A stretch of DNA of 64,000 bases from Patescibacteria group bacterium UBA4787 (lineage in GTDB: Bacteria > Patescibacteriota > Patescibacteriia > UBA2591 > UBA4787): contig DHGX01000001.1 in the NCBI GenBank assembly GCA_002402995.1, forward strand, positions 151,073 to 215,072, given 5' to 3'. The notes beneath the pieces were generated by a model that was given only the letters and a program-made list of their open reading frames with translations, was not told the DNA's origin and made no database searches. The position numbers and the translations under genes are program-made. Every line of letters starts with the position of its first letter. Within the stretch, counting starts at the first letter, position 1. Positions 37,675 to 46,408 of this stretch are shown here, one piece after another.

Positions 37675-37690
37675 AGTCCGCCAGCTGGCG
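37675..37690. repeat. GC-rich perfect palindrome TCCGCCAGCTGGCGGA (copy 2 of 2), directly after recA
   Basis: It is identical to 17055..17070. It forms a terminator-like hairpin but no T-tract follows. Confidence 0.7.
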
Positions 37691-37726
37691 GATAGAATTT
37701 AGGATTTATAAATTAGAATTTTTATT

Positions 37727-38635
37727 ATGAATATTTTAATTACCGGCGGTGCTGGTTTTGTGGGCCGCAATCTTTTGCGTGTAATGCGAGAAACGGGCAT
37801 TGAGATGTCAAAATTGACAGTCATTGATAAAGTAGAAGCGAACAATCTTTGCCAAAAATACGGCGCCAAATTTATTCAGGCCGATTTAGCCGAAAAGGGT
37901 ATGTGGGAAGAAAGTCTTAAGGATCAGGATGTTTTAGTAATTTTACATGCTCAGATTTCTTCGCCTAATAGCGCTGATTTTTATCGCAACAACGTGGAGG
38001 CCACTATAAATGCGGTGAACGCCGCTAAAAAAATTGGCCATCCTAAAATTATTCATTTTAGCTCTGCAGCCGTGCTTTCATCCAGACAAGACGATTATGC
38101 TAAAACAAAAAAGATTTCAGAAGAGATTGTTGAAAACAGCGGCTTGCCGTACGTTATTATTCGGCCATCAATTATGTATGGGCCGACCGATGATAAAAAT
38201 ATTGCCTGGTTGATGAATTTTATAAAAAAAATACCGATTTTTCCGATTCCTGGCAGCGGCAAATATCCCAGGCAACCTGTGTATATTGACGATGTTTGTC
38301 TGATGGTGGTTGAGCTAATTAAAAATTTTCCAGAAAAAAATAAAATTTACGGCATTAATGGCAAAAAACAAGTTTTTTTTCGAGATATAGTGAAATCTGT
38401 GATTAAAGAAATAGGGGGTTTGCGTTTCGTTATTTATTTGCCGGTTCCTTTGTATCTTTTTTTAGTAAAGATTTATAATGTTTTATTTCATTCGCCTTTC
38501 ACGCCGGATCAAATTCAGTCTTTGATTAACGGCGATGTTTTTCCTGATTACCCGTGGTGGGACGAGTTTGGCATCAAGGCAACTCCTTTTTCCGAAGGAA
38601 TCAAGAAAACCGTTCAAGCCGAAAAACGGCAGTAA
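37727..38635 (+). CDS. NAD-dependent epimerase/dehydratase (extended SDR)
   Basis: ILITGGAGFVGRNL is a Rossmann motif, and the catalytic YAKTK (YxxxK) is present. Confidence 0.7.
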   Translation: MNILITGGAGFVGRNLLRVMRETGIEMSKLTVIDKVEANNLCQKYGAKFIQADLAEKGMWEESLKDQDVLVILHAQISSPNSADFYRNNVEATINAVNAAKKIGHPKIIHFSSAAVLSSRQDDYAKTKKISEEIVENSGLPYVIIRPSIMYGPTDDKNIAWLMNFIKKIPIFPIPGSGKYPRQPVYIDDVCLMVVELIKNFPEKNKIYGINGKKQVFFRDIVKSVIKEIGGLRFVIYLPVPLYLFLVKIYNVLFHSPFTPDQIQSLINGDVFPDYPWWDEFGIKATPFSEGIKKTVQAEKRQ

Positions 38636-38651
38636 TTAAAATTATATTATT

Positions 38652-38696
38652 TAAAAACACTCCGTCTTTCATCAGGTCGGAGTGTTTTTATTTTTT
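38652..38696. terminator. bidirectional intrinsic terminator between the epimerase gene and the convergent Wzz-like gene
   Basis: A 12-bp stem aaaaacactccg/cggagtgttttt is followed by T8. Confidence 0.65.
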
Positions 38697-38773
38697 TCGG
38701 TTTTCGCGATGCGTGTTTTACGTTATAAGTTTTAAGTTCCAAGTTTTATGTTTTGACTTCTACTTTCCGCTTT

Positions 38774-39610
38774 CTATTTTCTACTTTCTTGTTTCTTGAT
38801 GTATTCCGTCAAAAAAGCGTAAAATAAGCCAACGAATAAGCCTATAATGGTGCCCCCAATAAAAATAAGAGGTTTATTGGGCTTAATGGGTATTATTGGC
38901 TCGAGGGTTGGCGAAGCAATAATAGTTTCTTTAGAGCCATAAGATAGTTCTCTCTTTTTGTTTAATAAAGATTGTTGAAAGATGCGTAAATTATTTTCTT
39001 CGACGCTCAGAGCATTTATATAGCTCTGGGCTAATAATCCTTCTGCCTCGGTTTTTGGATATTTTAATCGGCTTATTTCTTTTTGCAGTTCCACTGTCCG
39101 ATTTTCAGAAACTTTAACATTGTCTTCTATGTCTTTAATTTCTTGGTTAATCAATTTTTTTTCGCCAATTAATATTTCTTGATGTCGTTGAAGAACTAAA
39201 TCGGCCGTAACTTCAACAATTTCCTTGGCTCTCGCCGGCTGATTGTCTTTAGCGGAAATTTGTAAAAATTTTTCCGTCTGTTTATTCGCAATTATTCGTT
39301 TTAATGCTGGCCACGATTTCTCCGGCATATTTAGTTGTTGAGTCAATTTCCGTAAAACAGCCGGCTGTTCTAAAAATCCAATCACATCTTTGGGGGTTTC
39401 TAAATAAACACCCTTAATTTTGCCAATTTCCAATAAAGTAGTAGCTTGATAAACTTTTGGTAAAGAAAATCCGATAATAAGAGAAATTATTATTGCCAAT
39501 ATTACGACAGAAGAAATTGCTTTTTTTCTTTTCCATACAATACGAGCATAAGCACCTAGGTCAATTTCTAATTCCTCTTCATAGCAAGGATTGTTTTTTT
39601 GGTTTTCCAT
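38774..39610 (-). CDS. Wzz/PCP-like polysaccharide chain-length determinant protein
   Basis: An N-terminal TM with the Wzz-like IVWKRKKAISSVVILAIIISLIIGFSLPKVYQATTLLEI, a coiled-coil middle and a C-terminal TM are all present. Confidence 0.5.
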   Translation of the reverse strand: MENQKNNPCYEEELEIDLGAYARIVWKRKKAISSVVILAIIISLIIGFSLPKVYQATTLLEIGKIKGVYLETPKDVIGFLEQPAVLRKLTQQLNMPEKSWPALKRIIANKQTEKFLQISAKDNQPARAKEIVEVTADLVLQRHQEILIGEKKLINQEIKDIEDNVKVSENRTVELQKEISRLKYPKTEAEGLLAQSYINALSVEENNLRIFQQSLLNKKRELSYGSKETIIASPTLEPIIPIKPNKPLIFIGGTIIGLFVGLFYAFLTEYIKKQESRK

Positions 39611-39789
39611 GGTTAAATATTAAATAATATTTTAATTAAAAAGGCAGATTTATCTTATCTTATTTTATTTTACCAGTCAAATTTTTGTTATAGTGTTGCC
39701 AAGTGAGATATTGGTGTTAATATATATTAGACTCAGTCGGCCATGATGGCTCCAAAGTTAATATAAATTTAAGAAAAGAATATAAATTT

Positions 39790-40629
39790 ATGAATAAATT
39801 TGCGATTATCGGCACGGGCTTTATAATGCCCCGTCACGCGGAAGCGATTGATTTTATTAAGGGAAAAATTTTAGAAATCATTAATACTTCCGAAGGAGTG
39901 AATAATTGGAAAAAAATAATAAAAAACACGAAAGCAGATTATATTATTATTTTAACCCCAAACGACCTTCATTCTCCTATAAGTCTGGCGGCGCTTAAGC
40001 GCGGCAAGACGGTCTTATGCGAAAAGCCCCTCTGTCTTAACACCAAAGACGTTAAAATATTGGCTGAGTATAAAAATATTTTTACGGTTGTTCAGTTGAG
40101 GCATCATCTTTTAACGAAGAAATTAAAAAAAGAAATCAATTCTAGGAAATTTTATCAAATAGAAATGGATATCGCGGTACACCGAGATCCAAAATATTAT
40201 AAGTGTTGGAAGGGCCAAGAGAAGAGGTCGGGTGGAATTTTATTTAACCTTGGAATACATTATTTTGATATTTTAATCCATCTTTTCGGTGAACCGGAAG
40301 AGATATTAAATTCGAAATATAATAAAAAAGAAGCCTCAGGTATTTTAAAGGGCAAGAATTATGTTTGTCGTTGGCGTTTAACTACCGACGAACCTCATAA
40401 GACCCAACGTAGAGTTTTTAAGATCAATGGAGTCGGTTATAATTTTTCTTCGCAAGATAATTTATCGCACGAGAACCTGCATCGTTTTATTTATCAGGAT
40501 TTAATTCATAAAAAAGGAACAACTCCGCAAGAAGCCTTGAAGTCAATTGGCTTGATCGAAAATATTTATTATCAAGCCAACAAGAAAAAATATTCTAAAA
40601 ACAAAGATAGGGTTAAACGAACAAAATAA
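39790..40629 (+). CDS. Gfo/Idh/MocA-family sugar oxidoreductase
   Basis: FAIIGTGFIMPRHAEAI, the Rossmann fold and LCEKPL are family motifs. It is coupled to the aminotransferase by a TAATG overlap. Confidence 0.65.
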   Translation: MNKFAIIGTGFIMPRHAEAIDFIKGKILEIINTSEGVNNWKKIIKNTKADYIIILTPNDLHSPISLAALKRGKTVLCEKPLCLNTKDVKILAEYKNIFTVVQLRHHLLTKKLKKEINSRKFYQIEMDIAVHRDPKYYKCWKGQEKRSGGILFNLGIHYFDILIHLFGEPEEILNSKYNKKEASGILKGKNYVCRWRLTTDEPHKTQRRVFKINGVGYNFSSQDNLSHENLHRFIYQDLIHKKGTTPQEALKSIGLIENIYYQANKKKYSKNKDRVKRTK

Positions 40630-41816
40630 TGGAATTTTTAGATTTGAATAGACAGTATAGAATAATTAAGAAAGAGGTTAATCAAGCTATTCAGAAGGTT
40701 TTAGATAGCGGTCATTTTATTTTAGGCCCGGAAGTAGAAGAGTTAGAAGGGCAAATTGCTAAATATTGCGGTGTTAAATATGGGGTTGGTGTTAATTCCG
40801 GAACAGACGCCTTGTTATTATCCTTGATGGCTTTAGGTATAGGCAAGGGAGACGAGGTAATTACTACGCCATTTACTTTTATGGCTACGGCAGAAACCAT
40901 AGTTATGTGCGGCGCTCGGCCTATTTTTGTGGACATTGATTCAGCAACTTTTAATATTGATGTTGATAAAATTGAAGAAGTAATCACTAAAAAGACAAAA
41001 GCAATTATTCCTGTTCATCTCTATGGCCAACCAGCCGAAATGGACAAAATGATAAGAATCGCACGAAAATACAAATTGAGAATAATTGAAGATTGTGCTC
41101 AGGCTATCGGCGCTAAATATAAAAATAAAAAAGTCGGTTCAATGGGTGATCTGGGCTGTTTTTCCTTTTTCCCTTCTAAAAATTTAGGTGCTTGTGGTGA
41201 TGGCGGGATGGTGGCGACAAACAATAAAAAATTAGCCGAAAAAATCAGAATGTTGCGCGCCCATGGTTCAAGAAAAAAATATTATCACGAAATTATTGGT
41301 ACTAATAGTCGACTGAGCACCATTCAGGCAGCTATTCTATTGGTCAAATTAAAATATTTAGACGAATGGACTAAGGTTCGACAAAAAATAGCCAGGCATT
41401 ATAGTCGCTCGTTTGGTAAATTTATTAATCTAAGGGCTCCTTTTGTTGCGTCTAATCGCACCCATGTTTTTCATCAATACACCATAAGAGTAAATAAACA
41501 AAAAAGGGACAAGCTGATAGATTATTTAAAACAACAGGACATTCCGACTGCGATTTATTATCTCTTGCCGCTCCACTTACAACCATCTATGAAATTTTTG
41601 GGTTACAAAAAAGGCGATTTTCCCGTAGCCGAAAAGGCGGCCCGAGAAGTTTTGTCTTTACCGATCTATCCAGAATTAAATATTAATAAAGAACAAAATA
41701 GGATTATCAATACCATTAATAAGTTTATTATCAAGCAAGCGAGAGAAATGAAAAACAAAGTTTTTCATTTCCGAGCGGGCGCAGACAACACAGGGTTAAC
41801 ACCATTTATTAATTAG
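40629..41816 (+). CDS. DegT/DnrJ/EryC1/StrS-family PLP-dependent sugar aminotransferase
   Basis: GDEVITTPFTFMATAETIVMCGARPIFVDID and SFFPSKNLGACGDGG are present, the latter in the PLP-Lys region. The last 25 codons are contributed by repeat copy C. Confidence 0.8.
   Translation: MEFLDLNRQYRIIKKEVNQAIQKVLDSGHFILGPEVEELEGQIAKYCGVKYGVGVNSGTDALLLSLMALGIGKGDEVITTPFTFMATAETIVMCGARPIFVDIDSATFNIDVDKIEEVITKKTKAIIPVHLYGQPAEMDKMIRIARKYKLRIIEDCAQAIGAKYKNKKVGSMGDLGCFSFFPSKNLGACGDGGMVATNNKKLAEKIRMLRAHGSRKKYYHEIIGTNSRLSTIQAAILLVKLKYLDEWTKVRQKIARHYSRSFGKFINLRAPFVASNRTHVFHQYTIRVNKQKRDKLIDYLKQQDIPTAIYYLLPLHLQPSMKFLGYKKGDFPVAEKAAREVLSLPIYPELNINKEQNRIINTINKFIIKQAREMKNKVFHFRAGADNTGLTPFIN
41728..41803 (+). repeat. 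dispersed ~75-bp GC-box/palindrome repeat, copy C (the most diverged)
   Basis: tatcaagcaagcgagagaaatgaaaaacaaagtttttcatttccgagcgggcgcagacaacacagggttaacacc. It overlaps the 3' end of the aminotransferase CDS. Confidence 0.6.
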
Positions 41817-41836
41817 GATTTCATAAACTCATTTTT

Positions 41837-42577
41837 ATGTTTTCTGACCAAGCAAAAATTGATTATCGGTCTTATTATCAAAATAATCAGGTGAGTGTAG
41901 ACGACACAACCAGAGTTGGTCTGATGAAGCATATTTTAAGAATAATAAATTTTAAAAAATTAAAAAATAAGAATATTCTAGAGGTCGGTTTCGGTTCAGG
42001 ATTATTACTAAAAATGTTATCAAGAAGCTGTAATGAAATTACAGGGATTGATATCTCTAAAAAAAATATTGACGAACTGACGACGGTCTTAGTTAAGGAA
42101 AATTTGAGCCCCAAGTTGGTTCAAGGAGATATTTTAAACTTGCCTTTACTTGACGATATTTTCGACATTATTATTTGCGCCGAAGTATTAGAACATGTAA
42201 CAAATGTTAATAAAGCTATTCAAGAGTTAAAAAGAGTCACTAGGCCGGGTGGCATTATGGTTATATCTGTACCCAATGAAGAAATAATCAAATATGAATT
42301 TTGTGTTCATTGTCGCAACTTAACACCTCGGAATGGCCATCTAAATTCATTTAATAGAGAGGAATTTTCTAGTTTGTTGAACAGTTTGGGATTAAAAATC
42401 GAAAAAACAAAAATAATTTCTTCAAAGATTTATGCACTTTCATTCCTAAAGATTTTTTATTTTACGCCATTTTCTGTTATTATTGATATAATAGATCGAC
42501 TAATCTCCCGATATTTTCATATTTTCCCCCCATTATTAATTATTAAGATTCGCAAACCAGATTTTATCCAAGATTAA
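41837..42577 (+). CDS. class I SAM-dependent methyltransferase
   Basis: Motif I ILEVGFGSGLL is present, and ICAEVLEHV is the post-I/II region. Confidence 0.6.
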   Translation: MFSDQAKIDYRSYYQNNQVSVDDTTRVGLMKHILRIINFKKLKNKNILEVGFGSGLLLKMLSRSCNEITGIDISKKNIDELTTVLVKENLSPKLVQGDILNLPLLDDIFDIIICAEVLEHVTNVNKAIQELKRVTRPGGIMVISVPNEEIIKYEFCVHCRNLTPRNGHLNSFNREEFSSLLNSLGLKIEKTKIISSKIYALSFLKIFYFTPFSVIIDIIDRLISRYFHIFPPLLIIKIRKPDFIQD

Positions 42578-42584
42578 ATTTTTC

Positions 42585-43685
42585 GTGCTTATGAAAAATA
42601 AAAAAATAAAAATAATTATTATCGTTGGCGCCCGGCCTAATTTTATTAAAATTGCCCCTCTTTTTAAATATTTTAAAAAATATTCTAAAAGGGTCATGCC
42701 GATTATAGTTCATACTGGCCAACACTATGATAATTTAATGTCGCGCGTTTTTTTCAAGGAGCTAAATATACCAAAACCAAAGTATGATTTGGGGGTTGGT
42801 TCTGGCCTCCATGGACAGCAGACGGGAAAAATATTAATAAAACTTGAAGGAGTATATTTAAAAGAAAATCCAGATTTGGTCGTAGTAGTCGGCGACGTGA
42901 ACTCAACTTTGGCTGGTGCTCTGGCGGCTGTTAAGATTCATATCCCCGTCGCTCACATTGAAGCAGGCGTTAGAAGTTATGATAAATCAATGCCTGAAGA
43001 AATTAATCGCATTGTTACTGATCGGGTGGCTGACATTTTATTGTGTCCAACACAAAACGCGGTCAGAAATTTAAAAAAAGAGGCTATTACAAAAGGTGTT
43101 TTTAATGTCGGCGATCTAAATTACGATTCATTTTTGAATAAACTACGGACGGCTCATCAAAAATCAAAAATTCTGAATGAATTAAGATTAGCGCCAAAGA
43201 AATATTATCTGCTGACCATTCATCGACCAGCCAACGTGGACAATCTGGATAATTTCAAAAATATTATCAAGACTATCGTTGATAGCCGAACGAACGTAGT
43301 GTTTCCCGTCCACCCGAGGACGAAGAAACAGCTGGAAAAGCTTAAGATTAAAGAATTTAAAAATTTAAAATTGATCGACCCAGTTGGTTATTTAGATATG
43401 TTAATTTTAGAAGAGAGCGCCTTAAAAATTATTACGGATTCCGGTGGAGTTCAAAAAGAAGCATATTTTTTAAAAACTCCATGCATTACTCTGAGGGATT
43501 GCACAGAGTGGACGGAAACAATGATCGGCGGATGGAATATTTTAGTCTGCCGCAACAATATACCCAAATTGCAGAAAATAATAAAAAGTCCTTGCCGTCC
43601 TAAAAAATATCAACGTTTTTTTGGAGACGGCCGAGCCGCAGAAAAAATTGTGAAGATTTTATCCAATTCGCGGAGATTTAGTTAA
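42585..43685 (+). CDS. wecB: UDP-N-acetylglucosamine 2-epimerase (non-hydrolysing)
   Basis: IIVGARPNFIKIAPL...HTGQHYD and ...HIEAGVRS are WecB/MnaA hallmarks. Confidence 0.8.
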   Translation: MLMKNKKIKIIIIVGARPNFIKIAPLFKYFKKYSKRVMPIIVHTGQHYDNLMSRVFFKELNIPKPKYDLGVGSGLHGQQTGKILIKLEGVYLKENPDLVVVVGDVNSTLAGALAAVKIHIPVAHIEAGVRSYDKSMPEEINRIVTDRVADILLCPTQNAVRNLKKEAITKGVFNVGDLNYDSFLNKLRTAHQKSKILNELRLAPKKYYLLTIHRPANVDNLDNFKNIIKTIVDSRTNVVFPVHPRTKKQLEKLKIKEFKNLKLIDPVGYLDMLILEESALKIITDSGGVQKEAYFLKTPCITLRDCTEWTETMIGGWNILVCRNNIPKLQKIIKSPCRPKKYQRFFGDGRAAEKIVKILSNSRRFS

Positions 43686-43717
43686 CAATACAAATCACGC
43701 CAACCCTAATTTTTAAA

Positions 43718-45049
43718 ATGACAAAAATTAAAATAAAAAAAGATACACTGCTGATTTTTTTGTCAATTATTTTTTATAAAATAATTCTTGACATATCTTA
43801 TTATTTTGTGGTTTCTCGGGCTTGGGACTATGCTGGATACGGCATTCAGGCCCTTTGGGACTACGTGGGTTATAATTTTATATTTAACAATGTAAAAATT
43901 TTTGAATCATATTTTCTCCTTTTAATTGTTTTGATATTTGTTCCTAAATCATCAAAAAAGCTTTCTAATATTATAACTTGGTTATTAGTATTGTTCGCCT
44001 ATATCCCCATGCTTACAATCTATGCCATGAAAGACGGCGCTAGATTATATATTTTGGCCATAACCTGTTTTTGGCTTATAGTTTTCCTTTTATTAAAATT
44101 TTTGCCGAACATCCACTTGCCATTCTTAAAAAAAACTCAAGCCAAGACAATTCATTATGCTATTTTTATTATTTTTAGTGGAATGGCGATCATCTCAATT
44201 TTAAAATATTTTGGTCTTGTTTTTAATTTAAACCTTAAGACGATATACGAAACCAGGACATTATTCTATGCCAATCTTCGTGGTCCTGCTATAGAATATT
44301 TGTTTAATTGGCTGGCCCTCGTTGTTAATCCTGTTTTTTTATTTATCTTTTTCAAAAAGAAAAAATGGCTTTTGTCTGTTTTGTCGCTAGCTATTCAGAT
44401 TCTTATTTTTTCTGCTACCGGCAATAAAATTTATCTTTTTGCTATACCTTATATAGTGTTTGTCGCTTTGTTGGTTAACCGTAGGCGTCCATTTGTTTGT
44501 GCTTCTTTAGTTCTTTCAATTGTTGTAGGGGTGGGGATATTGTCTTATTTTTTATTGGGAGATGTTTGGTTAACTGCTCTTTTTACTCACAGGACTTTAT
44601 TTACCCCAGCTCTGCTTTCTTTTCATTATTATGATTTTTTTTCACAAAACAATTTTATCTATTTATCATCGCAAAGAATTTTTAGAAATTTTATTAATTA
44701 TCCATACGATCTTGACCCGCCACATCTCATTAGCACGACGTATTTTAATCGTCCGCAAATGAGCTCTAATAACGGCATATTCGCCGATGCTTATATGAAT
44801 TTCGGTTTTTGGGGCTTAATTATTTGGGCTATTCTTTTGGCGATATTCTTGAAAGCAATAGATTCTTTTTCTAGGAATAAAGATAAACAGATTTGTTTAG
44901 TTGCTATAGGAATTTCCGTTATGCTTTTTACGAACATGCCGTTCTTAACATCGCTGATAACGGGGGGATTATTGTTGGGTTTGATCATCTTATATTTATT
45001 GCCACCATTAAATAACCAATCAACCAATATCCGACAACCGTATAATTGA
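43718..45049 (+). CDS. polytopic membrane protein, possible Wzy-like oligosaccharide polymerase/ligase
   Basis: It has about 10-12 TM helices and sits in a glycan locus. There is no sequence-level proof. Confidence 0.3.
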   Translation: MTKIKIKKDTLLIFLSIIFYKIILDISYYFVVSRAWDYAGYGIQALWDYVGYNFIFNNVKIFESYFLLLIVLIFVPKSSKKLSNIITWLLVLFAYIPMLTIYAMKDGARLYILAITCFWLIVFLLLKFLPNIHLPFLKKTQAKTIHYAIFIIFSGMAIISILKYFGLVFNLNLKTIYETRTLFYANLRGPAIEYLFNWLALVVNPVFLFIFFKKKKWLLSVLSLAIQILIFSATGNKIYLFAIPYIVFVALLVNRRRPFVCASLVLSIVVGVGILSYFLLGDVWLTALFTHRTLFTPALLSFHYYDFFSQNNFIYLSSQRIFRNFINYPYDLDPPHLISTTYFNRPQMSSNNGIFADAYMNFGFWGLIIWAILLAIFLKAIDSFSRNKDKQICLVAIGISVMLFTNMPFLTSLITGGLLLGLIILYLLPPLNNQSTNIRQPYN

Positions 45050-45058
45050 TAAAATGAA

Positions 45059-46393
45059 ATGTTACATAAAATAATTTTTAAAACAGTTTATTTATTGAAT
45101 AGGCCAGGACTAATTGGCTATTTCAATAAATTTCAAAAAACACAGTGGCTGGATTTACAGCAATTGCAAGCCGAACAAAATCGACAGCTACGCAAATTGG
45201 TTAATTTTGCTTATCAATCCGTTCCTTATTATACTAAATTATTTAGCCAACTTAATATTCGGCCAAGCGATATAGACGCAATTAAGGATTTGGAGAAACT
45301 TCCGATTTTGACTAAAAAAATTATTAGAGAGCATTGGGAAGACCTGACACCCATTAATATCAAGGAAATGAATTATCTTAACAGTACAACAGGTGGCTCG
45401 ACTGGCGTGCCTTGTAGATATAGAATGTCGCACGAAGATTATAAAAAGGGGGTAGCCTTGATGTATCGCGGTTGGACTTATGCTGGTTATAACTTGGGTG
45501 ATAAGGTGGCAACCATCGCTGGATCATCACTTATCCCTACAATCGGTTCTAGTTTAAAAAATAAAATTCAGGAATTCGGTCTGAATATTAGAAATTATTC
45601 TTCGTATGAAATGAGCGATAAAAATCTTTTTAAATATTTTTGTGAAATTAATAAGTGGCGCCCGGATTTTATCCGAGGATACGCCTCCTCGGTTTATTTA
45701 TTCGCTCGATTTTTAAAATCTCATAACTTAAAATTGACAGTCCGGCCAAGAGCAGTTTTTACTACTGCCGAAAAGTTGTTTGCTGCGCAGCGCGCGCTGA
45801 CAGAAGAAGTCTTTGACACAAAAGTTTTTGATACTTATGGCTTAAATGACGGAGGAGTCTCGGCTTTTGAGTGCGAAAAACATAATGGCATGCATATTGA
45901 TGCGGAAAGGGCTATTCTAGAAACTGTGGACGAGAAAAATAAATCAATTACCGGGCAAACAGGGAAAATATTGGCCACTGATTTATATAATTACGCAATG
46001 CCATTTATACGTTACGATACAGAAGATTTGGGTATTATTTCTGACACGCCATGTTCTTGCGGACGAAAGACTTTTTTGTTAAAAGAAATAACCGGCCGGA
46101 TAACCGATTATTTAAATTTAAATAATATTATTATCGGCAGTCCGGTATTGACCGTGTTGATGGGTAAATTCGACATTGAACAATATCAAATTATTCAAAA
46201 TACCCCTTCTTCAATTGTTTGTAAAATAATAAAAGGCAAAGGTTATAACGAGGCAAGAGACGAAGATCTTATCCGCAAATCTTTTTATGTTCACGTTGGA
46301 GAGATTGGCATTAAGTTTGTTTATGCTGAATTTATCCCGGTCGAAGGGATTAGAAAATATAAATTTATTATTAATAATGTAAATACTATTTAA
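45059..46393 (+). CDS. CapK/PaaK-like adenylate-forming enzyme
   Basis: The AMP-binding-like motif LNSTTGGSTGVP is present. The size and locus context are typical of CapK-family proteins. Confidence 0.5.
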   Translation: MLHKIIFKTVYLLNRPGLIGYFNKFQKTQWLDLQQLQAEQNRQLRKLVNFAYQSVPYYTKLFSQLNIRPSDIDAIKDLEKLPILTKKIIREHWEDLTPINIKEMNYLNSTTGGSTGVPCRYRMSHEDYKKGVALMYRGWTYAGYNLGDKVATIAGSSLIPTIGSSLKNKIQEFGLNIRNYSSYEMSDKNLFKYFCEINKWRPDFIRGYASSVYLFARFLKSHNLKLTVRPRAVFTTAEKLFAAQRALTEEVFDTKVFDTYGLNDGGVSAFECEKHNGMHIDAERAILETVDEKNKSITGQTGKILATDLYNYAMPFIRYDTEDLGIISDTPCSCGRKTFLLKEITGRITDYLNLNNIIIGSPVLTVLMGKFDIEQYQIIQNTPSSIVCKIIKGKGYNEARDEDLIRKSFYVHVGEIGIKFVYAEFIPVEGIRKYKFIINNVNTI

Positions 46394-46408
46394 CAACAAC
46401 AAAATTAT

